64,000 bases of DNA from an uncultured Methanosarcinales archaeon (GTDB taxonomy: Archaea > Nanobdellota > Nanobdellia > Woesearchaeales > JACPBV01), in the NCBI GenBank assembly GCA_964492935.1, contig CAZBLF010000001.1, positions 28,301 to 92,300 of the forward strand, read 5' to 3'. Each line of letters begins with the position of its first letter. The stretch's first letter is position 1. Made by a program: the position numbers and the translations under genes. Under the pieces are notes generated by a model. The model had not been told where the DNA came from and made no database searches. It was given only the letters and a program-made list of their open reading frames with translations. Below are positions 26,924-36,403 of this stretch, piece by piece.

Positions 26924-28932
26924 TATGCACTCACCTCTGTCTCTTTTGATTTTCCGAACTGTTTGATTTCGTCTTTGTTATGTTCTTTAGGACAGGTTGC
27001 GTGTTCTCCAGAGAGGTATCCGTGTACGGGACAGATGCTAAATGTAGGAGTTAGGGTGAAATAGGGTAGTTTGTAGTTGGTTGCTATCTTTTTTACTAGG
27101 CTTCGCGCTACCTTCCAGTCGTTTATTTTCTCTCCTAGGAATCCATGCAGAACGGTTCCTCCCGTATACTTGCATTGCAATTCATCCTGGTGATCGAGTG
27201 CTTCGAAGATGTCATTGGTATGGTTTACCGGCAGCTGGGAGGAATTGGTGTAGAATGGTCTTGCTTTTCCCGAGGTAATGATGTTTGGAAACTGGCTTTT
27301 GTCGTGTTTTGCTAGGCGAAAGGCGGTTCCTTCTGCAGGTGTGGCTTCAAGATTATAGATATTTCCGGTTTGTTCCTGGAAGTCTTGTAGCTTTTTTCTC
27401 ATGAAGTCAAGCACTTGTATTGCGAAGGTGCGTCCTTGAGTGTGAGTGATGTCTTTTCCAAGTGCGTTGAGGCAGCATTCATTCATGCCGCAGATTCCTA
27501 CAGTAGAGAAATGGTTTTTTACCGTTTCGAGGTAGCGCTTACTAAACGGCAGGAGACCTTGATCCATATTTTTCTGTACCTCTTTTCTCTTGATTTCGAG
27601 TGATTCCTTTGCTAGAATCATTAAATGCTCTAGACGTTCGAAGAAATCCTTTTTGCTTGTAGCAAGGTAGCTTATCTTTGGGAGATTGATGGTGACCACG
27701 CCAATCGATCCGGTTTGTTCGCCTGATCCGAAGAGGCCGCCAGTTTTACTTTTTAATTCGCGAATGTCTAATTGAAGGCGACAGCACATCGAACGTACAT
27801 CGCTGGGATTGAGAGATGAATTGATGAAGTTCTGGAAGTAGGGAGTGCCATATTTTGAGGTCATCTGGAAGAGAAGTTTGGAATTGTCGGTATCCCAGTC
27901 GAATTCCTTGGTGATGTTATAGGTGGGAATGGGGAAGGTAAATATGCGATCATCCATATCTCCCTCTAACATGACTTCGATGAATGCTTTATTGATGAGA
28001 TCCATTTCTGCTTGGCATTCTTTGTAGAAGAATTCTTGTTGTTTACCTGCAACTACTGCTTTTTGTCCGCCTATTTCAGGTGGGACGGTCCAGTCCATGG
28101 TGAGATTGGTGAAGGGAACTTGATTTCCCCAGCGAGAGGTTTGATTTATTGCGAAGACGAATTCTTGCATTCCTTGCTTAACTTGTGCATAGTTGAGTTT
28201 ATCGTTCCTTACTAAAGGAGCAAGATAGGTGTCGAAGCTGCTGAATGCCTGTGCGCCGGCCCATTCGTTTTGGAGTGTTCCGAAGAAATTGACTATTTGC
28301 CCTAGTGCTGCATTGAAATGTTTTGCAGGTTTTGCTGAAACTTTTCCGGGAACTCCATTGAAGCCCTCTTCCAGGAGCTTTCTTAACGACCAACCTGCAC
28401 AGTATCCTCCAAAGGTGCCGAGACTGAGATCGTGGATATGGAGATCTGCGTTTCGATGTGCGTTTGATACTTCGGCAGGGTAGATGGTGTTGAGTGTATA
28501 TTCTGCAATAATTGCTCCGGAGATATGTGCTTGTAATCCGGATACTGCGTAGCCAGCGTTGCTATTTTCCTTGACGCGCCAGTTGTTTTGGTTGACATAG
28601 CCCTTGACTACACCATCGATCTTTTCTAAGAAAGCACGTGTTTTTCGAATATCTTTTCGTTTCTGTCGGTATAGGATGTAGGTTTTCGCAGTTTTTGCAT
28701 GTCCTGTTTTCATCAGGACTTTTTCTACGGTGTCCTGGATGTGTTCTACGTCAGGAACCTCTTTTTTGAAGAGCTCCTTTTTGAGTTCGTCCATTACTAG
28801 AGCGGTGAGCTGCTTTGCGGTTCGTTCATCTGATCCGCCTACGGCTTCAGCTGCATTGAAGATTGCTTTTTCTATCTTTTCTTTGTTAAAGGAGACTACG
28901 GTCCCATCTCTTTTCTTGACTTTTTCAACCAT
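26923..28932 (-). CDS. nrdD: Class III ribonucleotide reductase lacking the glycyl-radical C-terminus
   Basis: ATP cone (VKKRDG), RSMCCRL, EATPAEG, SICPVHG. Confidence 0.95.
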   Translation of the reverse strand: MVEKVKKRDGTVVSFNKEKIEKAIFNAAEAVGGSDERTAKQLTALVMDELKKELFKKEVPDVEHIQDTVEKVLMKTGHAKTAKTYILYRQKRKDIRKTRAFLEKIDGVVKGYVNQNNWRVKENSNAGYAVSGLQAHISGAIIAEYTLNTIYPAEVSNAHRNADLHIHDLSLGTFGGYCAGWSLRKLLEEGFNGVPGKVSAKPAKHFNAALGQIVNFFGTLQNEWAGAQAFSSFDTYLAPLVRNDKLNYAQVKQGMQEFVFAINQTSRWGNQVPFTNLTMDWTVPPEIGGQKAVVAGKQQEFFYKECQAEMDLINKAFIEVMLEGDMDDRIFTFPIPTYNITKEFDWDTDNSKLLFQMTSKYGTPYFQNFINSSLNPSDVRSMCCRLQLDIRELKSKTGGLFGSGEQTGSIGVVTINLPKISYLATSKKDFFERLEHLMILAKESLEIKRKEVQKNMDQGLLPFSKRYLETVKNHFSTVGICGMNECCLNALGKDITHTQGRTFAIQVLDFMRKKLQDFQEQTGNIYNLEATPAEGTAFRLAKHDKSQFPNIITSGKARPFYTNSSQLPVNHTNDIFEALDHQDELQCKYTGGTVLHGFLGEKINDWKVARSLVKKIATNYKLPYFTLTPTFSICPVHGYLSGEHATCPKEHNKDEIKQFGKSKETEVSA

Positions 28933-28971
28933 ATCTTTATTCTCAAATTCTGACTTATAAATGTGATGGTT

Positions 28972-28984
28972 AATGGTTACCATT
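28972..28984. promoter_or_regulatory. Palindromic operator candidate AATGGT-T-ACCATT
   Basis: Lies between the divergent TATA boxes of nrdD and the HTH-PAS gene. Confidence 0.45.
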
Positions 28985-29024
28985 GATGGAAACCTTTTTA
29001 TACTTCTGGTGGGTGGTTGTAACT

Positions 29025-29999
29025 ATGGAATTAACTTCTCAGATACAGGATCAGATCTTAGGTGCATTGTCTTCTTTAGGAGGGAGCGGGAGCACGATTA
29101 CTGAAATTGAGAGGAAGGTAAAGTTTGAGCGGCATACTCTTTCGAAGTATCTTTCCTTTATGCAGGCGAACGGAGTGGTGTATCATAAGGCGTTCGGAAA
29201 GGCGAAGGTGTGGTTTATCAACAAGGCTCCGTTGCAGACGGTGTTGATGCATGATCCTGAGCATAAAACGTTTACCGAGAGGATTTTATCTGATTTAATC
29301 TCAGAGATGCCGTATGGGTTGGTTGTTGTTGATCGAGATTACAACATTCTTTTTTTGAATGGGGGCATGAAACGGATTTATGGCGATGTTTCGGGAGAGA
29401 AATTGTATTCTGCAGTCTTAGGTGTTGAGCATCCGTTGCAGATGCGTTCGATTACGACGGTGCTGCGAGGTAAGAAGGAGAGAGCAGGGTGTGAGGTTGT
29501 GGATAGCGAGGGTAGGGTTTTGACGTTAAAGGTTTCTCCCTTGCTGACGCCGGATGGAAGTACTTCGTTTATCATTATTGTGGATGATATCTCAGCTCAG
29601 AGAAAGGCAGAGGAGTTGTTGCGGGAGAAGACTGAATTATTAGAGGCTGAGCGAGAGGCTTTGAATAAGTCGGCGATTGTTGCGGAGACGAATTTGGATG
29701 GAGTTATCACGTATGTGAATGATCAGTTTGTGAAATTATCTGGATATAAACGTGATGAGATACTGGGCAAGACGCATGCGTTGGTTAATTCTGGCCATCA
29801 TAGCTCGCAGTTCTTTACTGGATTATGGAGGACTATCTCTTCTGGAAGAGTGTGGAATGGGCGTATAAAAAATAAATCAAAATCTGGGAAATTGTATTGG
29901 ACTGATACGACGATAGCTCCGGTTTTGGGTAAGGATGGCAAGGCGGTGAAGTATTTGGCTATTCGGCATATAGTAGTAAATGACAAAAATCTTGCATAA
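29025..29999 (+). CDS. wHTH-PAS-PAS one-component regulator
   Basis: TITEIERKVKFERHTLSKYL HTH; two PAS domains (YVNDQF..LSGY..E.LG, WNGRIKNKSKSG.LYW). Confidence 0.85.
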   Translation: MELTSQIQDQILGALSSLGGSGSTITEIERKVKFERHTLSKYLSFMQANGVVYHKAFGKAKVWFINKAPLQTVLMHDPEHKTFTERILSDLISEMPYGLVVVDRDYNILFLNGGMKRIYGDVSGEKLYSAVLGVEHPLQMRSITTVLRGKKERAGCEVVDSEGRVLTLKVSPLLTPDGSTSFIIIVDDISAQRKAEELLREKTELLEAEREALNKSAIVAETNLDGVITYVNDQFVKLSGYKRDEILGKTHALVNSGHHSSQFFTGLWRTISSGRVWNGRIKNKSKSGKLYWTDTTIAPVLGKDGKAVKYLAIRHIVVNDKNLA

Positions 30000-30103
30000 T
30001 TTGTTTGTCTTTTACAATATAGAAGATGAGAATAATTATGTATTACTATGTCGTCTTCTATAGTTTAGGAATCTTTAAAAGTGAATTTGCGTTCTTTTTG
30101 GTT

Positions 30104-30802
30104 ATGGAAAAGGAGTACAAGCGTTTAGTTGCTGGCATTACAGCTTTTTTTAAGAGGGTTGGAGTATCGAAAGCAGTTATTGGGGTTAGTGGAGGGATTG
30201 ATTCTGCTTTATGTTTACGGTTGGTTTCGGATGCTTTGGGTGCCGGAAATGTTACGGGTTTATTGATGCCGGAAAAGGGTTTGACGAAAAAGAGTAATGT
30301 TTCGGATGGGATTGCGTTGTGTGAATCGTTGAATGTAGGGTATTATGTTGCTCCGATTAATGAGTTTCTGATTGCATATTCGGGATTGGGGTGGAAAGGG
30401 AGTTCAAATGCAGAGATGAATGTTCGCTCTCGGATTCGGGCTGTTATTTTGTATCATTATGCCAATAGTCATTCGGCTTTGGTTATTGGAACTTCTAATA
30501 AAACCGAGATGGAGCTTGGTTATTTTACGAAGTATGGTGACGGAGCGATTGATGTCGAGGTTATTGGTAGTTTGTACAAGTCTGAGGTGTATGAGTTAGC
30601 TGAGTATCTGGAATTGGATGAGAATTTTCTTAAAAAAGCTCCTTCAGCGGAGTTATATGCTGGACATACTGACGAGGAGGAGTTTGGGATGTCTTATCTT
30701 GATATTGATGCGATGTTGATGGGAAAGAAAAAGAAATCTGCTAAGTTGAAGAAGATTATTTCTGCGAATAAACACAAGACTGAAGCGTTAACGGTTATTT
30801 AG
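30104..30802 (+). CDS. nadE: NH3-dependent NAD+ synthetase
   Basis: GVSGGIDSA, GYFTKYGDG, APSAEL. Confidence 0.95.
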   Translation: MEKEYKRLVAGITAFFKRVGVSKAVIGVSGGIDSALCLRLVSDALGAGNVTGLLMPEKGLTKKSNVSDGIALCESLNVGYYVAPINEFLIAYSGLGWKGSSNAEMNVRSRIRAVILYHYANSHSALVIGTSNKTEMELGYFTKYGDGAIDVEVIGSLYKSEVYELAEYLELDENFLKKAPSAELYAGHTDEEEFGMSYLDIDAMLMGKKKKSAKLKKIISANKHKTEALTVI

Positions 30803-31475
30803 ATTCGGTAAGTATGGGCAACTGCTTATAGTTGTCAACTAGGGTTATGTTTTTTGTTTCTTGGATATACTTTCTCAACTTATCCCCTCCCATTTCATAG
30901 ACTCTTCCTTGATCCCATATGACTCCTCCTTGTATCACATCAAAGCTGGTAAACACTCTATACCCTAGTTTTGCAGCATCATCAATGGTATGCATTACGC
31001 AACAGTTTTGTTGCCACCCCATCACAATGAGATCTGTAATCCCTTTTTCCGTTAATAGTTTATCAAGTGATGTTTCTTCAAATGCGCTATACTGTTGCTT
31101 GGCAAGGTAGCTCCAATTTTTTGGATTGTGGAATCTTCTTAACGCAGGATCTGTTGTGCTTTCTGACCCTTCAGATATATTGACATCAACGACATGGATG
31201 CCTTTCTTATTTGCTGCTTTGAGAACTTCTCCCATATTTTTAATTTCTTTGGCATAATTGAGTATGTATCCCATCCGGGATGCAGCATATTCATCTGGAT
31301 CATGTTCGTCTTTTTCGGTGAACTGAAAGTCAATGATCAATACAGCATACTTTTCTTCTTCTGCTGGGGAAGCTAGTAGTTGCGATACTCCGTTAATAAG
31401 CGGAAGTGATGCTACCGTACCTGAGCCATTTATGAGGCCTTCTAGAAAGTCTCTTCTTGTAGGGTTATTTCTCAT
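30795..31475 (-). CDS. Isochorismatase-family cysteine hydrolase with twin-arginine-like N-terminus
   Basis: IIDFQ, KQQYSAF, GWQQNCCV; PTRRDFL. Confidence 0.8.
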   Translation of the reverse strand: MRNNPTRRDFLEGLINGSGTVASLPLINGVSQLLASPAEEEKYAVLIIDFQFTEKDEHDPDEYAASRMGYILNYAKEIKNMGEVLKAANKKGIHVVDVNISEGSESTTDPALRRFHNPKNWSYLAKQQYSAFEETSLDKLLTEKGITDLIVMGWQQNCCVMHTIDDAAKLGYRVFTSFDVIQGGVIWDQGRVYEMGGDKLRKYIQETKNITLVDNYKQLPILTESK

Positions 31476-31531
31476 AGAGTGCTGAATTGGAATTTTGTTT
31501 ATAAATGGTTACTTTTAGAAGAGTAGTATAG

Positions 31532-32188
31532 CTATGCTTCTGGGTCGAAGTCTGCTATTGAGCTTTGGAATTGTTCTTGGGCTATCTTTTTGTATGATGA
31601 CCAGGACTTTCTGAAGATTTCTGGGTATTTCTCCCAGTTTTCTATTAAGAATTTTTGAGTGATCTCGTTAGAGGGATAGCCGGGGCCGCAATCGCCGTAT
31701 TTCTTCTTGATTTCCTCTATTTCCCGGTCTCTGGTTACTTTTGCTAGGATGGACGCTGCTGCAGCTTGAGGATGGTTGAGGTCTGCTTTATGTTCTACTA
31801 TTAATTCGGTTTTTGTTTTGAGGAGTTTTTGTAAGTATTCCTTGTAGGCTTCGATGTTGGTGCTTGGACAATCTACAATTGCTTTATCGGGCTTTAATTC
31901 GTTGATGATTTCTGCGGTTTTATGGGCTTCCAGCCAGTTTAGGTTTAATTCTTCACTCTCTAATGCTTCGTCAATCTCTTGCGGTTCGGTGACTACGATG
32001 TGGTTAGGATATTTGCTGACTTCATCGAACATTTGCTCTCGTTGTATGGGCGTTAAGAGTTTAGAATCTTTTACTCCGATGCCTTTTAGCTTTTCTAGGT
32101 CTTTTTCGTCTACCATGACGCCGGCAGTTACTAATGGCCCTATAACGGGTCCTCGTCCTGCCTCATCTATACCGCAAATGGTGGTCAT
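31532..32188 (-). CDS. rnhB: Ribonuclease HII
   Basis: GIDEAGRGPVIGP, DSKLL, AASILAKV; PIP-like QSSIADF. Confidence 0.96.
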   Translation of the reverse strand: MTTICGIDEAGRGPVIGPLVTAGVMVDEKDLEKLKGIGVKDSKLLTPIQREQMFDEVSKYPNHIVVTEPQEIDEALESEELNLNWLEAHKTAEIINELKPDKAIVDCPSTNIEAYKEYLQKLLKTKTELIVEHKADLNHPQAAAASILAKVTRDREIEEIKKKYGDCGPGYPSNEITQKFLIENWEKYPEIFRKSWSSYKKIAQEQFQSSIADFDPEA

Positions 32189-32239
32189 TGTTGTAGATAT
32201 GATGAAATAGTTTTTAAAGATTATTGAAATTGAGTGTAT

Positions 32240-32794
32240 ATGAAGTATATTATCGAGCATTTGGAACCTGAACTGTTTCCGTGGTGTATTATTGAATATC
32301 GGCATATTACGAAGATTTTGGGTAAAGCTAACGTTCTTTTTACCAATATTCGGCGTAAGAAGGATTGTGATCGGATTCGTGGATTTGCAAAGGCTATCAA
32401 AGAGAGTTTTACTACGTTGGATTTGAATCGAGTTTGTGTATTGGATCCTGCTGCTAGTAATGTGTTGAGCAGTTCTGATGCTACCTCGTTTGATGTTATT
32501 GTTTTAGGTGGCATCTTAGGTGATTATCCGATGAAGGCTCGTACTAAGGAGGAGATTCCGTCTGGATATGAAAGACGGCATTTGGGGAAGGAACAGATGC
32601 CTACAGATAATGCTGCTTTTGTTGCTAAAGGTATTCTTTCTGGTAAGAAGATGTCTGATTTTTCCTTTAAAGATGGAATTACGGTGGAATTGGATGAGGG
32701 CGAGGCAACGGACTTGCCTTTCCGTTATGTCATGATTGAGGGTAAGCCGTTGATGTCTGGTCAGTTAGTAGAGTTGTTGAAGAAAGGGTTCTAG
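32240..32794 (+). CDS. SPOUT methyltransferase, Sfm1/DUF431-like
   Basis: IIEHLE..W..EY, GGILGD, RHLGKEQMPTD, LPFRY. Confidence 0.85.
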   Translation: MKYIIEHLEPELFPWCIIEYRHITKILGKANVLFTNIRRKKDCDRIRGFAKAIKESFTTLDLNRVCVLDPAASNVLSSSDATSFDVIVLGGILGDYPMKARTKEEIPSGYERRHLGKEQMPTDNAAFVAKGILSGKKMSDFSFKDGITVELDEGEATDLPFRYVMIEGKPLMSGQLVELLKKGF

Positions 32795-33417
32795 GTTTTT
32801 TGTAGGATTGCGATTAAGGTGTGTTCGTCTCCGTATTCTTTTGTGGTGATGAGGTGGCGGTCGATGTACTTTATTTTCATTTTCGGGAAGGCTTTTTGTA
32901 TTTCTTTTTCGGTGTAGGGGCGGCTGTAGAGCTTTTGGCGTAGGATTTCGATGTAGCTTTCTCTTGGATGGTGTCCATCGGGACCGGGTTCGTTTAAGGA
33001 CAGGAACAGGAAGCCATTCGGTTTGAGAGCTTTCGTGATTCTGGTTGCGGTTCGCTTGAATTGTTTAGGATCTAGGCAGAGCATGCTATATCCTGAGAAA
33101 ATGCCATCGAATTCTTGCTTGTAATCGATATCGGTCATTGAGAGCATTTTGAAGGTTGCTTCCGGGACGTTTTTCTTTGCTGCTGCAATCATTTCTTTGG
33201 AGAAATCGATTCCTAGGACTTCGAAGTTGTGCTTTACTAGGGCTTGGGTGAAGGGCAAGCCTGGGCCACATCCTAGATCTAGGACTTGTGCATGTTTAGG
33301 TAGTTTTTTGCAGAATAGGGTGAAAGCTGCTTTGTATTTCTTGTCCTTAATGGTCTTGGATGCTGCTTTACTTCCAATAGCGTTCCAGGCTTTCTTATTG
33401 AGTTTTAGAATGTCCAT
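32791..33417 (-). CDS. Class I SAM-dependent methyltransferase
   Basis: VLDLGCGPG, GIDFS. Confidence 0.9.
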   Translation of the reverse strand: MDILKLNKKAWNAIGSKAASKTIKDKKYKAAFTLFCKKLPKHAQVLDLGCGPGLPFTQALVKHNFEVLGIDFSKEMIAAAKKNVPEATFKMLSMTDIDYKQEFDGIFSGYSMLCLDPKQFKRTATRITKALKPNGFLFLSLNEPGPDGHHPRESYIEILRQKLYSRPYTEKEIQKAFPKMKIKYIDRHLITTKEYGDEHTLIAILQKT

Positions 33418-33455
33418 ATGAGGTAGGAGAAAAAGGAATACATAAAGGTATGTAT

Positions 33456-33668
33456 TCAAGCAAAGGCGTACATACTGCGTTTTTTAGCGCGCATAAAGAC
33501 CATACCATCTTTGTATTCCATTTGTGTATGGCTATAGAATCCGTTTTGTTTTTTTATAACATCTACTGTATTTTTCTTAATTAAACTGTTTTTTAGTCTC
33601 ACTCTTGCACCCCCATGCTGAGTATTGTGAATAAATGATGATGGTGTTCTTAATCCACCACCCCCCAC
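33456..33668 (-). CDS. Small hypothetical protein
   Basis: GTG start after GGGGTGG. Confidence 0.35.
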   Translation of the reverse strand: MGGGGLRTPSSFIHNTQHGGARVRLKNSLIKKNTVDVIKKQNGFYSHTQMEYKDGMVFMRAKKRSMYAFA

Positions 33669-33820
33669 GTTTAACCACCCCTGGTTACTAATCTTATTAA
33701 TGAAAAACTGCTATATAAAGGTATGGATGGAGAATTATGACATTATTATGTTAGTATAGGGATTGGTATATTGGCAAGTAAATACAAAGGTTTTAATGGG
33801 GAATGTTCTTTTACTGCAGT

Positions 33821-34549
33821 ATGAAACAGGATTTTTGGTCAACGGTAGAGGACGTCATTAAGAAGTCTGATGTAGTGTTACATGTGATCGATTCGCGTTA
33901 TCCTGAGGAAAGTCGGAATAAGCGTGCTGAGGAGATGGCTTTGAAGTATGGGAAGGGTTTAATTCACGTATTTACGAAATTTGACTTGGTTGAGGATAAG
34001 GAATTTCCGATTACGGTAGAAGGTCCATTTTGCTTGGTTTCTGCTGTGGATTATTATGGGTTGAATAAGCTTCGCGATAAGATCATTATTGAAGGTAAAA
34101 GGCGACATCAGGATAAACCCAAGGTTGGTGTTGTAGGGTATCCGAATGTGGGGAAGAGTTCGTTGATTAACGCGTTTAAGGGCAAGAAATCGGCTCGTAC
34201 TAGCTCTGAGCCTGGTTTTACCAAAGGTCGGCAGTTGTTGGGGACTAGAAACTTTATGTTTGTGGATAGTCCGGGCGTTATTCCGGTTGATGAGGAAGAT
34301 GATATTGCTAAGATTAAGATGGGAATGAAGTCGATCAATGAGGAAGATGTTGAATTGGCTGCTTTGGAGATTATTGAATCGTTGAAAGGCAAGGTTGAGG
34401 CGTATTTTAAGGTGGATGTTTCGGATGATTTTGATGAAACGTTAGAGAAGATTGCTGTTGCTAAGAACTTGCTGGTTAAGGGTGGCGAACCGAATACTGA
34501 AAGGGCAGCTCGGGTAATTGTTAAATTGTATCAGGAAGGGAAGATTTAG
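33821..34549 (+). CDS. Circularly permuted GTPase, YlqF/RbgA family
   Basis: TKFD precedes GYPNVGKSS and DSPG. Confidence 0.92.
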   Translation: MKQDFWSTVEDVIKKSDVVLHVIDSRYPEESRNKRAEEMALKYGKGLIHVFTKFDLVEDKEFPITVEGPFCLVSAVDYYGLNKLRDKIIIEGKRRHQDKPKVGVVGYPNVGKSSLINAFKGKKSARTSSEPGFTKGRQLLGTRNFMFVDSPGVIPVDEEDDIAKIKMGMKSINEEDVELAALEIIESLKGKVEAYFKVDVSDDFDETLEKIAVAKNLLVKGGEPNTERAARVIVKLYQEGKI

Positions 34550-34561
34550 AGTGAATTGGAA

Positions 34562-35149
34562 TTATCTATCTCTTTGAGCTTCTAGTTTGTTGATTAGTTG
34601 TTGGTATGCTTTTTTGAATCCATTAATCAGAATTGGTGCTTGCTCTTCACTCGCCATTAGATTCTTGATGACATAGAGATCGTTGGGGAATCCCATGGGA
34701 GCGAGATGCTGGTCATTTACTGTGAATTCTGCATCACCAAGCATACTTTCTATGTTGAGAGGTTGTTCGCTGAGATGTGCAAGTAGATCTTCAGGAGTTT
34801 CAATTTCAGGTCCTAGTATTTCTTGATAAAAAATGATGTTTCTTTTGGGGCTGTCCGGAGAGGGTGTTTCTGCCACTGCAAAGCCTCTGTTCGTTTGGGC
34901 AATTGCCACTGTTCCGTTGAAAAACTCTGGACAGACGACTTCTATATATGGGGGAATTAGCTGCATCTCTCCAGTCATTTCAGATGAGTCAGGAATCATT
35001 CTCTGGTGTTCGGCCATTGCAGCAGTTATTGCGCGGTTTCCTTGAGAGAAAAGCGGTCCTCCATCGAGATAAGCGATTAATCCCATAGCACGTCCCCCAC
35101 CGATGCCATTATAATCGGCGGTTCCATGGGTGCATTCGTATTTAGCCAT
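34562..35149 (-). CDS. Hypothetical protein
   Basis: 195-aa ORF with upstream TTTTTAAA. Confidence 0.6.
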   Translation of the reverse strand: MAKYECTHGTADYNGIGGGRAMGLIAYLDGGPLFSQGNRAITAAMAEHQRMIPDSSEMTGEMQLIPPYIEVVCPEFFNGTVAIAQTNRGFAVAETPSPDSPKRNIIFYQEILGPEIETPEDLLAHLSEQPLNIESMLGDAEFTVNDQHLAPMGFPNDLYVIKNLMASEEQAPILINGFKKAYQQLINKLEAQRDR

Positions 35150-35208
35150 AGTCGAGAAGAGTGTCTTTTCTTTTAAAAATGTGTTAGTTGTTTTAGGAGA
35201 AAAATAAA

Positions 35209-35222
35209 TGCGGAGAGCAGGG
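35209..35222 (-). other. Displaced tRNA 3'-end fragment CCCTGCTCTCCGCA plus T-run
   Basis: Resembles the 3' end of the adjacent tRNA-Leu (TCCTGCTTCTCGCA). Confidence 0.5.
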
Positions 35223-35284
35223 TAGACATAATCATATTTATATACTTCAAATCTGACATTTTGTTCATTCCAATATTTTTATAT

Positions 35285-36082
35285 ATGAAAAAACAAAAAG
35301 TCATTCTAGATGTAGAAGACATATTGAATACTTACAAAACTACTATCCCTCAAAGAAAATTTGATACTCTCAAGTTGAGAAAGTGGCTACCTCTTTTGGA
35401 GGATTCAGAATTGGCTCGTGAATCGTCATTATTGGTGGGAAAGCTTATGGGTGATGGAAATCTCGACAACAAATTTACTTGTAGGTTTATTGGTCAGAAA
35501 GAGGAGCTAGTTTTACTGAAGAAAATACTGGTTAGCCATTTTTTGATAAATGAAAATAGTGCAAAAATCACTTATCGAGAAAATGTTGGAACAAGTTACA
35601 TGCTTCAGATAAATGATAGTCTCCTTGGAAGATTCATGTATGCACTTGGAGCCCCCATGGGAAATAAAACAAAAATTAGATATTTGATTCCTCCGTGGAT
35701 TATTCGTTCAAAACCTATGGCTAAGCGGTTTCTACAGGCAATATTCGATGATGAATTATCGACTATAAAAATAAAGAGAGAAAAATTCATACAGGAGGCT
35801 ACTTTCAGAATGGCCAAGGTAGAGGAGCATCAAGATAATCTTACTGATTTTCTAAATCAACTGAAAAATATGACTCAAAATTTGGGAGTGGATTCTAGTG
35901 AGATTGGTAAACCTTATTTCGAAAATATTCAGGTTGATGGGGCTAGGTCATTTTCTCAATGCTTTCGAATATTGGGTAATAGACAAAATATAGTTAGATT
36001 CAATTCACATATTGGATTTGGAATAAATCAGGAAAAAATAAGGCAACTTGAAAGATGTATGACCTTAATCGAAAATATTTGA
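35285..36082 (+). CDS. Free-standing LAGLIDADG endonuclease-like protein
   Basis: LVGKLMGDGNL and FLQAIFDDELS motifs, GAPMGNK, IPPWI. Confidence 0.85.
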   Translation: MKKQKVILDVEDILNTYKTTIPQRKFDTLKLRKWLPLLEDSELARESSLLVGKLMGDGNLDNKFTCRFIGQKEELVLLKKILVSHFLINENSAKITYRENVGTSYMLQINDSLLGRFMYALGAPMGNKTKIRYLIPPWIIRSKPMAKRFLQAIFDDELSTIKIKREKFIQEATFRMAKVEEHQDNLTDFLNQLKNMTQNLGVDSSEIGKPYFENIQVDGARSFSQCFRILGNRQNIVRFNSHIGFGINQEKIRQLERCMTLIENI

Positions 36083-36087
36083 TGAGA

Positions 36088-36171
36088 TGCGAGAAGCAGG
36101 ATTCGAACCTGCGAAAGCACTAAGCTAATGGGTCCTAAACCCATCCCGATTGACCACTACGGCATTCTCGC
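36088..36171 (-). tRNA. tRNA-Leu(TAG)
   Basis: GCGAGAA/TTCTCGC acceptor, ATGGG-TTTAGGA-CCCAT, long variable arm, GCAGGTTCGAATCCTGC. Confidence 0.95.
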
Positions 36172-36403
36172 TTAGTATTTTAGAACTAAAGTCGTTATAT
36201 AAATGTTATGTTGAAAATGGTTTTACCAGAATTTTAGTTTACTTAGGGCATGTAGGTTAAGGACTAGTTCAGTTAAATGTGTTCCTCGTGCTATTAAGAA
36301 ATTGATTGATCATGAGAATGAGTTAGAAGATCATCATGTGGAATAGGATAAACCAACTATCTCTACCTTGGTCTTTTTAAATGTGGGTTGAATTCTTTCA
36401 CCA

